Positions 17,526 to 27,019 of a DNA stretch of 44,283 nt are shown here, in pieces. The notes under the pieces were generated by a model. The model made no database searches. It was not told where the DNA came from and saw nothing but the letters and a program-made list of their open reading frames with translations. The position numbers were made by a program, and so were the translations under genes. The stretch covers positions 1 through 44,283 of the forward strand of contig BQJN01000031.1 of NCBI GenBank assembly GCA_021604725.1, read 5' to 3'. How positions within the stretch are numbered: the stretch's first letter is position 1; each line of letters starts with the position of its first letter. Origin of the DNA: Lysobacteraceae bacterium. GTDB taxonomy: Bacteria > Pseudomonadota > Gammaproteobacteria > Xanthomonadales > BQJN01.

Positions 17526-18871
17526 TCCCGACGCTCTTTCAGCCGTTTTTCCAGATAATGGATGTTGAACCCACCGGCCTTGAAGCCGCCATCACCCATG
17601 ATTCTAAGATGCAATGGGATATTGGTTTTCACGCCGGTCAAAACCGCTTCGGTTAGCGCGACGCGCATGCGGCTGATCGCCTGCTCGCGAGTCGCCCCGT
17701 GAGCAATCAACTTGCCGATCATTGAATCGTAGTTCGGTGGAATGCGGTAATTGTCGTAGACATGGGTATCGACCCGGATACCGGGCCCGCCGGGCATATG
17801 CACGGTATCGACAAGTCCCGGGCTGGGCATGAAGTTGTCCGGGTCCTCGGCGTTGATCCGGCACTCGATGGCGTGACCTCGAATCTCGACCTGGTCCTGA
17901 CTAATCGATAGCTTCTCGCCTGCCGCGACCAGCAGTTGCTCGCGAACCAGATCGAAGCCGGTAATGCATTCAGTGACCGGGTGCTCAACCTGAATGCGGG
18001 TGTTCATTTCGATGAAATAAAACTCGCCGTCGTCGTACAGAAATTCAAAGGTCCCGGCACCGCGGTAGCCAATGCGACGACAGGCCTCGACACAAACACT
18101 TCCAATCTTTTCACGCACTTCAGGTGTGATGCCTGGAGCCGGTGCTTCCTCGACGACCTTCTGGTGTCGGCGCTGCATGGAACAGTCGCGCTCACCAAGG
18201 TGTACGGCGTTGCCATGTTGGTCGGCGATCACCTGGATTTCGATGTGTCGCGGGTTCTCCAGAAACTTTTCCATGTAGACGGTGCTATTGCCGAAAGCGG
18301 CACCAGCTTCACTTCGAGTGGCGTTGATGGCGTTTAGCAATGCCATCTCAGTGTGTACGACACGCATGCCGCGGCCGCCACCACCACCGGACGCCTTGAT
18401 GATGACCGGGTAGCCGATCTCTTTGGCGATGCGCGCCGACTCGGCCATATCCTCGCCAAGCGGGCCGTTGGAGCCGGGTACGCAGGGGACACCGGCTTCG
18501 CGCATCGCCTTGATGGCAGCAACCTTGTCACCCATAAGGCGAATTGTTTCAGCGCGCGGGCCGATGAAAATGAATCCGGATTCCTCAATACGCTCAGCAA
18601 AATCGGCGTTCTCAGCGAGAAAGCCGTAGCCGGGATGGACGGCGACAGCATCGGTCACCTCTGCAGCAGCGATGATGCCCGGGATATTGAGGTAGCTTTC
18701 ATTCGGCGGGGCCGGACCGATACATACCGACTCGTCGGCTAGAGCCACGTGCTTGAGATTGCGGTCTACGGTCGAATGGACCGCTACTGTCTTGATTCCC
18801 ATCGCCTTGCAGGCGCGCAGGATTCTCAGTGCGATCTCGCCGCGGTTGGCGATGACAACTTTATCGAGCAT
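17522..18871 (-). CDS. accC: Acetyl-CoA carboxylase biotin carboxylase subunit
   Basis: [33 protein letters not shown]... with the ATP-grasp motifs. The track's 18952 start was trimmed to the ATG at complement(18869..18871), 7 nt after the accB stop. Confidence 0.95.
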   Translation of the reverse strand: MLDKVVIANRGEIALRILRACKAMGIKTVAVHSTVDRNLKHVALADESVCIGPAPPNESYLNIPGIIAAAEVTDAVAVHPGYGFLAENADFAERIEESGFIFIGPRAETIRLMGDKVAAIKAMREAGVPCVPGSNGPLGEDMAESARIAKEIGYPVIIKASGGGGGRGMRVVHTEMALLNAINATRSEAGAAFGNSTVYMEKFLENPRHIEIQVIADQHGNAVHLGERDCSMQRRHQKVVEEAPAPGITPEVREKIGSVCVEACRRIGYRGAGTFEFLYDDGEFYFIEMNTRIQVEHPVTECITGFDLVREQLLVAAGEKLSISQDQVEIRGHAIECRINAEDPDNFMPSPGLVDTVHMPGGPGIRVDTHVYDNYRIPPNYDSMIGKLIAHGATREQAISRMRVALTEAVLTGVKTNIPLHLRIMGDGGFKAGGFNIHYLEKRLKERRE

Positions 18872-18878
18872 TGTGGCG

Positions 18879-19343
18879 CTACCGAACGACAAACAAGGGT
18901 TGATCAAACTCGACAGGCTGGCCGTTCTCGACCAGGATCGAGCTGACAACACCGCTGACTTCAGATTCGATCTGGTTGAACATCTTCATTGCTTCAACCA
19001 TACAAACCACATCGCCTTGTTTAATTTCCTGTCCGACCCGGACGAAGGCTTCAGACTCGGGGTTCGGAGCAGCATAGAACGTGCCCACCATCGGCGATCG
19101 GATGATCTGGCCATCGCCTACATCGTCAACGGGCGGCGGTGCCGGTTGACTGCTGGCTGCCGGTGCCGCAGTCGGTGCCGGCGCTGGTGCGGCGGCGGGC
19201 GGTGCGTAGACCGGTGCCGGAGCGGCCGTGCTGTGGCGCGACAGTCGTATTGATTCGTTGTCTTCGCTGATTTCTATTTCTGCCAGATTGGAGCTTTCCA
19301 GCAGTTCAACTAGTTTCTTGATTTTGCGAATGTCCATGGTCAC
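18879..19343 (-). CDS. accB: Biotin carboxyl carrier protein of acetyl-CoA carboxylase
   Basis: 154 aa with an Ala/Pro-rich linker and the biotinylation motif EAMKM. Confidence 0.9.
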   Translation of the reverse strand: MTMDIRKIKKLVELLESSNLAEIEISEDNESIRLSRHSTAAPAPVYAPPAAAPAPAPTAAPAASSQPAPPPVDDVGDGQIIRSPMVGTFYAAPNPESEAFVRVGQEIKQGDVVCMVEAMKMFNQIESEVSGVVSSILVENGQPVEFDQPLFVVR

Positions 19344-19831
19344 TTTGCCTGTTCGAGGTAACGGATGGCGGCACTTAACGCCAGCTCATATCCCTGGGCA
19401 CCCAGGCCGCAGACAACGCCTACGGCCAGGTCAGAGAAGTAAGAATGACGGCGAAAAGGCTCGCGCTGATGAATGTTTGAAAGGTGAATCTCGATGAACG
19501 GGATGGCGGATGCAGCCAGTGCGTCTCTAAGCGCGACGCTGGTGTGGGTCCACGCCGCCGGGTTGATGACGATGAAACTGGTGCCATCTTCGGCCGCAGC
19601 GTGGATGCGTTCGATCAGTCGGTGTTCGGCGTTGGTCTGGAAATGGTCCATGCCCACGCTAGACTGGTCGGCGATGGTCTGCAGCCGTTCTATGATGACC
19701 TGCAACGACTCTGAGCCGTAATGATCGGGTTCGCGCGTGCCCAGCCGATCCAGGTTGGGGCCGTTGAGGATCAGAACTTTATGAGCGGTTGCGGTCAATG
19801 CCTGATGCTTCATTCGAGACAATAGACGCAA
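19340..19831 (-). CDS. aroQ: 3-dehydroquinate dehydratase, type II
   Basis: [21 protein letters not shown]...[17 protein letters not shown]...[16 protein letters not shown] are type II DHQase motifs. The true start may be the internal Met (MKHQ...). Confidence 0.9.
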   Translation of the reverse strand: MRLLSRMKHQALTATAHKVLILNGPNLDRLGTREPDHYGSESLQVIIERLQTIADQSSVGMDHFQTNAEHRLIERIHAAAEDGTSFIVINPAAWTHTSVALRDALAASAIPFIEIHLSNIHQREPFRRHSYFSDLAVGVVCGLGAQGYELALSAAIRYLEQAK

Positions 19832-19938
19832 GCATGCCGAAGTCGACCGATGATGTCTACCTTGAATTTGGTCAATTCAGCGAGGTTCGCCGAAATTTAC
19901 CGCTATTTCGCCGGCATTTGCATCAAATTAAGCGCTGT

Positions 19939-22323
19939 TTAGATCGGTGACCCCGGTGGAATAGCCGCCCTTGCCGGGATTTGATCTGCGTTCGGCTCGT
20001 CAAGGAATGTTTGCAACGTAGCCTCGATTCGAACCCAAGTGGGGTCGTCGTCATTGCGAGCGGCGCGTTGGCGCAAAGCCGACAACGCGTCGATGACGGC
20101 ATCGCGGGCAACGTCATCCAGCGCCGGGTCTAGCGCTGCTCGCTGCAGCTCTCGAATCAAGGTCCAGGCGACAGTCCGGTTGACCGCGCTGGCTCGGTAC
20201 TTTAACTGGCGCTCGACTTCTTCGCTTACCTCAGCCAGCAAGTATTGAAGGCCTGGCAGCTGGCGGTCGGTTTGCTGTTGAGTCAGCATGCGTTGCAGGC
20301 GTTGCGGGTGAAGCAGGACCTGGGCCACCAGCTGAGATGCAGCCCTTGCCGGTGCCAGGGCGTCGAAGGTTTGACCGGTCAGGTGCGTGAAGTATTCGCG
20401 ATCTCGCCCATAACCGAACGGAGGGGGTTGCAGTTGCGCCAGCAATTGATCGGACAAGGTCAGCGACTTTTCGTCCAGCGATTGGAGTAAAGCGCCAATG
20501 GCGGCCATCTGTTGGTTGCGGGGCACCGCTTTTGGCAGCGGTGTGCCATCGCCTCTCAGTCCATACTCATAGTAACTGCCGCCAATCAGCTTGCCGACCG
20601 CCTGCATTTGATATCGATGCAGCAGGTAGACCGGGACCAGTCGGCTCTCGATGGTAAACCATGGCTGACCTTGCCGAATCACAGAGTCCCCCATTCGCGC
20701 CAGCGCGGTGCGGCGTATGGAGAGCAGTTCGTCGAAGCGCTCCAGGGCATCGGCGCCGTTGTCCCAAAGGTTTCCCGCCGGTGCTGGAGCACCTGGGTTT
20801 CGCGAGTCAGCCTCCGACAGGTAGGCCAGGTTTTCTGAGTGCTTGAGAATTGCTGCCAATCCGTTCTTTTGCTCCTCATCGTTCGCAAATTGTCGGTAGC
20901 TATAGTTGATGGCGTGCCAATCCCAGGGCGCGGTACCGCTGGCATAGGCACGGGTCAGGTCAATACGGCCATTCTTGCTGAGTTTGAGGTTGGGGTGCGG
21001 GTAGTCCATCACCGAGGCGTCGTCATTGGTGCTGGCAGCGAAGTTGTGTGCCAGTCCGAGGGTATGGCCCACTTCATGAGCGGCCAATTGGCGCAGGCGT
21101 TGCAAGGCCATGGCCGTCGCCTCCTTGCCAGACTCATCGCCATCGACGAACGGGGCAGTCAGGGCTTCAGCGATCAACTGGTCCTGACGGACGCGTTGTG
21201 AACCAAGGCTGACATGGCCTTTGATAATCTCACCCGTTCGCGGATCGATAACGCCCCAGCCATAAGACCAACCACGGGTGGCACGGTGCACCCATTGAAT
21301 CACGTTGTAGCGGATGTCGAGTGCGTCGACGCCTTCCGGCAACAGCTCGACCCGATAGGCATTGTCGAAACCCGCAGACTCAAATGCTTCAGCCCACCAA
21401 CTGGCCCCTTCCATCAAGGCGCTACGAATCGGCTCTGGTGCGCCTCGATCAACATAATAGACAATGGGCTCGACGGCTTCAGATCGTGCCGCTTCCGGGT
21501 TGGCTTTCTGCAGGCGGTGACGAACGATGACCTTCTTGTGCAGCGACTCGTTCAACGGTGCCGCAAAGTCGATATAGTCCAATGTAAAGGCACCTGACCG
21601 TGGGTGGTACGGACGCATCTCGAAGCCAGGCGGAGGCGGCTCTATCCACTCGTGACGCATACGGACCGTGAGTGAATCCGAGGTTGGCGTGACATCGTCT
21701 ACCCAGTTGCCCGGTTTGCTGCCTTTCAGGGTGATCAGCGACTCGACCAGACTATTGGCTGGGAACGCCTTGATCGAGTCACCTAGTATGACCGAGCGGT
21801 TGGCGTCCACTGAGAATTGTCCTTGCTCGGCTTGCTGCAGTCTAAGGCCGATACCATGCGCATCAGCTTTGAGAAACTTCGATGCGTCGGCCAGTACTGA
21901 CGCCTCTTTGCGTTCCTTGATAGGCCACGCCGCGAGGACAGATTGCGCAAACGCTTCTTTGACCGCCTTGACCTCGTCAGGATTGTCACTGATCGCTCGA
22001 TAGTCGAGGTTGGGCTGTATCATCAGCACGCGATCCCCGATGACACGAAGTTCTACAAAACGCGTTTGCCCGAGTTGGCCGCGGTCCAGCCCAAGATCGT
22101 TGGAGCCAACGCCGGCAGGCAAGGAGTTGACGTAAATGGCGTCAATACCGGCGGTGGGTACCTCAACGAAGGCCTCACCCTTGGTATCGTTATAGCAGAT
22201 GTTAAGAAAGCCGTTTTCGCAGCGCAGGTTGTCGTCAGGCTGCGACTCGCTGTCGGCAGCGTCGTTGGCCGCGACCATAGTTGCAGCGAACAGGGGCAAT
22301 ACTCCGAGCAGTAAGCGATTCAT
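19939..22323 (-). CDS. Secreted zinc metalloprotease (metzincin HEXXHXXGXXH; DUF4953/DUF5117-type ~800-aa family)
   Basis: The signal peptide is MNRLLLGVLPLFAATMVAAND. The active site is AHEVGHTLGLAHNF with a downstream Met-turn region. The track's 22590 start was trimmed to the ATG at complement(22321..22323) so that the signal peptide is N-terminal. Confidence 0.7.
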   Translation of the reverse strand: MNRLLLGVLPLFAATMVAANDAADSESQPDDNLRCENGFLNICYNDTKGEAFVEVPTAGIDAIYVNSLPAGVGSNDLGLDRGQLGQTRFVELRVIGDRVLMIQPNLDYRAISDNPDEVKAVKEAFAQSVLAAWPIKERKEASVLADASKFLKADAHGIGLRLQQAEQGQFSVDANRSVILGDSIKAFPANSLVESLITLKGSKPGNWVDDVTPTSDSLTVRMRHEWIEPPPPGFEMRPYHPRSGAFTLDYIDFAAPLNESLHKKVIVRHRLQKANPEAARSEAVEPIVYYVDRGAPEPIRSALMEGASWWAEAFESAGFDNAYRVELLPEGVDALDIRYNVIQWVHRATRGWSYGWGVIDPRTGEIIKGHVSLGSQRVRQDQLIAEALTAPFVDGDESGKEATAMALQRLRQLAAHEVGHTLGLAHNFAASTNDDASVMDYPHPNLKLSKNGRIDLTRAYASGTAPWDWHAINYSYRQFANDEEQKNGLAAILKHSENLAYLSEADSRNPGAPAPAGNLWDNGADALERFDELLSIRRTALARMGDSVIRQGQPWFTIESRLVPVYLLHRYQMQAVGKLIGGSYYEYGLRGDGTPLPKAVPRNQQMAAIGALLQSLDEKSLTLSDQLLAQLQPPPFGYGRDREYFTHLTGQTFDALAPARAASQLVAQVLLHPQRLQRMLTQQQTDRQLPGLQYLLAEVSEEVERQLKYRASAVNRTVAWTLIRELQRAALDPALDDVARDAVIDALSALRQRAARNDDDPTWVRIEATLQTFLDEPNADQIPARAAIPPGSPI

Positions 22324-22660
22324 CAGTTGTGGGTTCCTGCGACGACAATCTGGTGGGCGATAGTAGCCAAATAGTGCGTAGGCGTCGACTGCCCAAGGGC
22401 GGTAGCCCTCGGTTTCAAGTCGAGCACTGGCCTGTGCTGACTGCTCGGATAGCTCGCGGTGTTGTGCGCTCGGACGCCTCGTTGCGATGAATAATTTCTC
22501 GATAATAAATGTTTGCAAAGGCGCTTTGCCTGAATTGGAGGTGGCCAAATGCAACGCATTTCGTCTGGCCAAAGCAGTGCGCCGTATCACCAGCTGGTGT
22601 ACGATACGCGGTCTTCTGTAGACCGCAAACTGCGCGGTTAGAAACGATGAGGGTAGTCTT

Positions 22661-25219
22661 TTGAAGAATTTTGTTAGGAATTTATTGGTGTTGTCTTTGA
22701 TGACACTATCGGCGGTGGCCCTGGCCAGAACCGGCGAAGAGCCGCTGAGCGTTCAGCTCGGCCTGCTCGAAAAGTCAGCAATGAAAGTGATCGAGCTTGA
22801 TCCAGTTGATGTCGATGCCCGCTTGAAAGAGTTCGCGCCGAAGCCGTTTGAGGCCAAGCCGCTTCGCTTCGCCATTGGCCAGTTGGTAAAAGTATCTCCT
22901 GATACGCATGGGACCTGGCGCGACGTACCAGGGGGCAAGCTGTGGACCTTGCGATTCCACTCTGAAGGTGCGACCGACATCAACTTTGCGTTCACCAATA
23001 TAGCGTTGCCAAAGGGTGCGAAGCTATACATGTTGAGCTTCGCTGATGATCCGGTGTACTACGACGGACCTTATGGACAACAAGATGTCAAAAAGCTAGG
23101 GGAGTTCTGGACCGCACCGGTGCCTGGTGGCGACGCTGCACTTGAATTGTTCGTGCCGACCGGCAGTGAAGAAAAAGTCACTCTTGAGTTGACTCAGGTA
23201 GCGACAGGTTTTCGTGACGTTTTCAAGCGTTATGGTGGATACGGATTGGTAGCAAAGCAGGGCGCGTGTAACAACGACGTGGTTTGTCCTGAGGGTGACC
23301 CCTGGCGTGATGAGATACGTTCGGTTGCTGCTTACGCCGTTAACGGAATCGACGCGTGCACGGGTACCATGGTCATGGACGTGCCGCGCAGCTTTACCCC
23401 TTACTTTTTGACCGCATATCACTGTGGTGTGACTGCTGCGAATGCGGCGGCCGTGGTGACCTTTTGGAACTACGAGTCCATGAATTGCGGTGATCTTGGT
23501 GGCGGTTCTCGCATGGACTCTGTTTCGGGTACGATTTTCCGTTCACGCAAACAAGACGTCGATATGAATCTGCTTGAGCTTGCATCGACCCCGCCGGAGG
23601 ACTACGACGTTTACTGGTCCGGTTGGGACCGCAGCGGAGACGTGCCCAATGGCGCGGTTGCCATTCACCACCCAATGGTTGACGAGAAAGCTATCAGCTT
23701 CAATGTGGACGCCTTGACCACCGTCAATAGCTGTATTAATGGCGGTGGGTCAAATACGCACTGGGAAGTGGACAACTGGGAAGATGGCACGACTGAGCCC
23801 GGTTCATCGGGCTCCGGTATTTGGGATCCTGATTCGCATCTCTTAGTCGGCTTTCTGTCTGGTGGCCTGGCTGCCTGCGATAATAATCTTTATGACTGCT
23901 ACGGCAAGTTCTCAGTCGGCTGGGATGATGGTGGCAACCCGGCGACCAGCTTAGCCAATTGGCTGGACCCCGAAGGGACTGGTGCGATGTCCGTCTCAGG
24001 TTCGAATCCGGCACCGTTTGTGATCGAGTCAACGCCGGTATCAGTAGGCGTTTGCTCACCAGGCGATGCCGAATATGTCCTAGACCTGGTCCAGTCTGAT
24101 CCGAAGTTTGATGAAATGGTCACGCTGTCGACCATGGATTTGCCTGCTGGTGCCAGCGATTCATTCAGCGCCAATATGATTGTCCCACCGGGGACCTCGA
24201 CGCTGACCATTTCGGACACCGATATGGTCGCTGCCGGTCAATACCAGTTCGATGTTGTCGGTACGGCAACCAGTTTCGCGACAGAATTGACCTTGGGCTT
24301 GAACGTGGCTACAGCAATCGCCGGGCAGGTTGTGCTCGACATGCCTGCCGATGGAGCGATCAATGTTCCCGTTGCCCCTACCTTCTCGTGGAATGCGCAG
24401 GCCGCCGCGGCTACTTACTTGCTGGAAGTGGCCACTGACGCCGGTTTCTCTGACATCGTTGCGTCTGAGGTTGTATCGGCCCCCGATACGTCGGTTACGC
24501 TGACAGAAGAGCTGGACTCGAACACGATTCATTACTGGCGTGTGACAGCGTCCAACGGTTGCGGAGACTCAACCGCATCGGCAACGTTCAGCTTCACTAC
24601 GCTACCCTTGCCTGGCGATTGCCCAGTTGGCATGGCTCCGGTTCGGCTGTTCAACTTCACATTCGAATCTGGCGCTGAAGGTTGGGTTTCCTCAGGTACG
24701 GCCAGCACTTGGGCTTTGTCAACGACAAATCCAGCCGGGGGCTCGCAGCACTGGCATGCAGATAACTCGGATTCGATCTCTGACCAGCGCTTGCGCTCAC
24801 CGTCAATCACACTGCCAACAACGTCCAGCCCCCTCACCCTGCAGTTCATGAATGAGCAGCAGTTGGAGTCAAATGGATCGGCGGCTTGTTATGACGGCGG
24901 TTTGCTAGAGATTGCCGAGAATGGTGGCGCATTCGTGCAGGTTCCTGGCGCAGAAATGGGCACCGACCCCTACGACGGCCCGATTGATGACGGTTTCGAC
25001 AACCCAATCTCGGGTTTGGATGCCTGGTGTGGAGACCCACAGCCTTATTTGAACTCAATCGTCAACATTGATGGCTACGCGGGCAGTGATGTGCAGCTTC
25101 GTTTCCGCCTGGGAACGGACTCCAGTGTCGACCGTCCGGGTTGGGACATTGATGACGTTCAAATCATGGGCTGCGGACCGGACGAATACTTCACGGATGG
25201 ATTCGGCGACCCAAACTAG
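22661..25219 (+). CDS. Secreted lysyl-endopeptidase-like S1 serine protease paralog with C-terminal Ig/FN3-like and MAM/lectin-like domains
   Basis: 852 aa. The TTG start is preceded by GAGGG at an 8-nt spacing. The signal peptide is MKNFVRNLLVLSLMTLSAVALA, followed by a propeptide. The API-like core is present (ACNNDVVCPEGDPW...TGTMVMD...YFLTAYHCG; DVDMNLLEL; TEPGSSGSGIWD; WLDPEGTGA). The C-terminus has an FN3-like segment (PTFSWNAQAAAATYLLEV...YWRVTASNGCG) and a ~190-aa MAM/concanavalin-like domain. Confidence 0.85.
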   Translation: MKNFVRNLLVLSLMTLSAVALARTGEEPLSVQLGLLEKSAMKVIELDPVDVDARLKEFAPKPFEAKPLRFAIGQLVKVSPDTHGTWRDVPGGKLWTLRFHSEGATDINFAFTNIALPKGAKLYMLSFADDPVYYDGPYGQQDVKKLGEFWTAPVPGGDAALELFVPTGSEEKVTLELTQVATGFRDVFKRYGGYGLVAKQGACNNDVVCPEGDPWRDEIRSVAAYAVNGIDACTGTMVMDVPRSFTPYFLTAYHCGVTAANAAAVVTFWNYESMNCGDLGGGSRMDSVSGTIFRSRKQDVDMNLLELASTPPEDYDVYWSGWDRSGDVPNGAVAIHHPMVDEKAISFNVDALTTVNSCINGGGSNTHWEVDNWEDGTTEPGSSGSGIWDPDSHLLVGFLSGGLAACDNNLYDCYGKFSVGWDDGGNPATSLANWLDPEGTGAMSVSGSNPAPFVIESTPVSVGVCSPGDAEYVLDLVQSDPKFDEMVTLSTMDLPAGASDSFSANMIVPPGTSTLTISDTDMVAAGQYQFDVVGTATSFATELTLGLNVATAIAGQVVLDMPADGAINVPVAPTFSWNAQAAAATYLLEVATDAGFSDIVASEVVSAPDTSVTLTEELDSNTIHYWRVTASNGCGDSTASATFSFTTLPLPGDCPVGMAPVRLFNFTFESGAEGWVSSGTASTWALSTTNPAGGSQHWHADNSDSISDQRLRSPSITLPTTSSPLTLQFMNEQQLESNGSAACYDGGLLEIAENGGAFVQVPGAEMGTDPYDGPIDDGFDNPISGLDAWCGDPQPYLNSIVNIDGYAGSDVQLRFRLGTDSSVDRPGWDIDDVQIMGCGPDEYFTDGFGDPN

Positions 25220-25246
25220 CGCCAATCCATCGATAGAGTTAGAGTT

Positions 25247-25278
25247 AAAGCCCCGGTGTAGCGCCGGGGCTTTTTTTT
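25247..25278 (+). terminator. Rho-independent terminator after the second protease gene
   Basis: GCCCCGG-tgtagcg-CCGGGGC followed by TTTTTTTT. Confidence 0.8.
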
Positions 25279-25308
25279 GAGTTTGGTCCAAAAACGGCGG
25301 GGTAAAAA

Positions 25309-25977
25309 ATGCTTCTTAGACGCAGGCTATCGCTGGTGATTTTGGCGTTTGCAGCCCCAGTCGCTGTGGCCGGTGGGCAGGTTTGCTTCGACCCGCTGTT
25401 GTTTCGAACAGCATTCGAGGTTACGCCAAGCTGCGCTGTGGATGACCAGCCCTTGAGTGAGTTGCAATCGCTGCTTGAGCCGGATGAACCCGTTCAAGGT
25501 TGTATTCCGCCGGGCTCGAACAGTGGCCTTGATTACTGTCAGGGAACGTGTGCAGTGGGCGGCTCGGGTTGTGATGTGGAATTTTCGACCAGCGACGTCG
25601 TTATCAACGTCAGCGATGATCTGGTTTGCTTTGACGCCTTGATTGCGTTGCCAGCGGTCGACATCTCGGCTCTTGGATTTCCCGTATGTAGCATGAGGCT
25701 GGATATTGTTGGTAGCAATATGGCCGCGCTCGATGGTACCTACTCAGCCGCATACACCTGGCAATACGCATCGTCGCTAAGCGACTTTGTGGTGGATGAT
25801 GTGTTGGTCGAAGGCTGTGATGCAATTGCCGATCAGCTGGACGCCATCATCGCCGGGCTTACCCCGGATTTTGAGGCGCAGGGCGCGGCGACGGCCGATG
25901 CCTTGTTGGCAACCATGGCGGGTGTCAACTTCTGCCCCGTTGATTCGCTACACCCTGATTTCATCGGCGGTCCATAG
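25309..25977 (+). CDS. Secreted cysteine-rich hypothetical protein
   Basis: 222 aa with the signal peptide MLLRRRLSLVILAFAAPVAVAGG, 10+ Cys residues and an acidic region. It has no recognisable catalytic motif. Coding-like codon usage and its position between a terminator and convergent genes support it as a real gene. Confidence 0.45.
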   Translation: MLLRRRLSLVILAFAAPVAVAGGQVCFDPLLFRTAFEVTPSCAVDDQPLSELQSLLEPDEPVQGCIPPGSNSGLDYCQGTCAVGGSGCDVEFSTSDVVINVSDDLVCFDALIALPAVDISALGFPVCSMRLDIVGSNMAALDGTYSAAYTWQYASSLSDFVVDDVLVEGCDAIADQLDAIIAGLTPDFEAQGAATADALLATMAGVNFCPVDSLHPDFIGGP

Positions 25978-25981
25978 ATAT

Positions 25982-26584
25982 CTAACGGTTTTTCAGGGCG
26001 CTTGAAACTGAGCGCTTGAGCCACCATCGAAGCAGCCCGGTTAGTACTGCATACAGGCTGACGCCGGCTACGCCGCCGACCAGCCAGAACCAGCCGGCAA
26101 AGGCCTGATCGGCATTGCTTTGCTGTTCAAACGACAAGGTCCAGCCGCCGCCCTGATTTAGCCACAGACCTGCTTGTGGTTCGAATAAGGAATAGACCGC
26201 AATGCAGATCAGCCCAAGGGTGAACAGGTAGCCAAGGCCCAGACAGGCGATCAACAGAGTGTCTAGCAGGCCTCTGCCCATGCGGGCAGAAAAGGCCATC
26301 AAGATAGCTGCCGGATGACCCCTGCCGGCCTTACGGCTCAGTCGCAGCTCCTCGGCAAGCTCCGGGACAAAGTCGATAGGGTCGCCCAAGCGTTGTATTG
26401 CTTGTTGCAAACGTTGTGAGTCTGAGCTTGCGTCGGCATCCATCATCGCGTCATCGATATGGGCCCGAATCTCCTGGCGAACCTCATCACGTTCTCGGCG
26501 CGGCAGCGCAGCCAGCAACTGGTCCACTTTATCAAGGTAAGCGGCCAGGTCCTTCTCGACGTCGTTGTTGCTTGTGGTGTTCAT
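25982..26584 (-). CDS. DUF1700-like membrane protein, partner of the PadR regulator
   Basis: It starts MNTTSNNDVEKDLAAYLDKV (N-terminal helical sensor-like region) and has 2-3 C-terminal TM helices. Its start overlaps the PadR stop (ATGA). The track's 26629 start was trimmed. Confidence 0.6.
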   Translation of the reverse strand: MNTTSNNDVEKDLAAYLDKVDQLLAALPRRERDEVRQEIRAHIDDAMMDADASSDSQRLQQAIQRLGDPIDFVPELAEELRLSRKAGRGHPAAILMAFSARMGRGLLDTLLIACLGLGYLFTLGLICIAVYSLFEPQAGLWLNQGGGWTLSFEQQSNADQAFAGWFWLVGGVAGVSLYAVLTGLLRWWLKRSVSSALKNR

Positions 26585-26949
26585 TGGTCTTTCTCCAGCG
26601 CACGCATGGTTTGCGACCAACGCGTCCATTCGCTTTGCATCATCGATGCCAATTCTCGTCCTCTGTTTGAAATGGTGTAGTACTTGCGCGGATTGCTACT
26701 GCCTTCGGTGTCCCATTCGGTATCGACCAGTCCATCACGCTGCATTCTGCGCAGCAGTGGATACAGCGTTCCTTCGGGCAATTCGGCATCAAGCGATTGG
26801 CGAAGGTTGGTGGCGATCTCATAGCCATAGCTGCGTTTCTGACAAAGCAGCAACAAGATAAACGTCTCCAGCCAGCCTTTTCTGGCCTGGGGCTGCCAGC
26901 GTGCAAAAAGCTGTTCGACAGAATTTTCGTCATTCATGACCATCTGCAT
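26581..26949 (-). CDS. PadR-family transcriptional regulator
   Basis: 122 aa with the winged HTH LLLLCQKRSYGYEIATNL...GTLYPLLRRMQRDGLV typical of PadR. Confidence 0.8.
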   Translation of the reverse strand: MQMVMNDENSVEQLFARWQPQARKGWLETFILLLLCQKRSYGYEIATNLRQSLDAELPEGTLYPLLRRMQRDGLVDTEWDTEGSSNPRKYYTISNRGRELASMMQSEWTRWSQTMRALEKDQ

Positions 26950-27019
26950 AGTATACCTAGGTAATTCTTTGTTATGCTAGGTGCATCGGTAAGCGATGTA
27001 TAGTTTAATGCGAGGTTAT

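Noticed and set aside
17936-18742. Several + strand ORFs (133, 129 and 68 aa) within accC
   Set aside because: They are antisense to biotin carboxylase, one of the most conserved genes in the window.
20245-22314. Multiple + strand ORFs (81-127 aa) inside the metalloprotease gene
   Set aside because: All are antisense to the long HEXXH-containing ORF and lack signatures.
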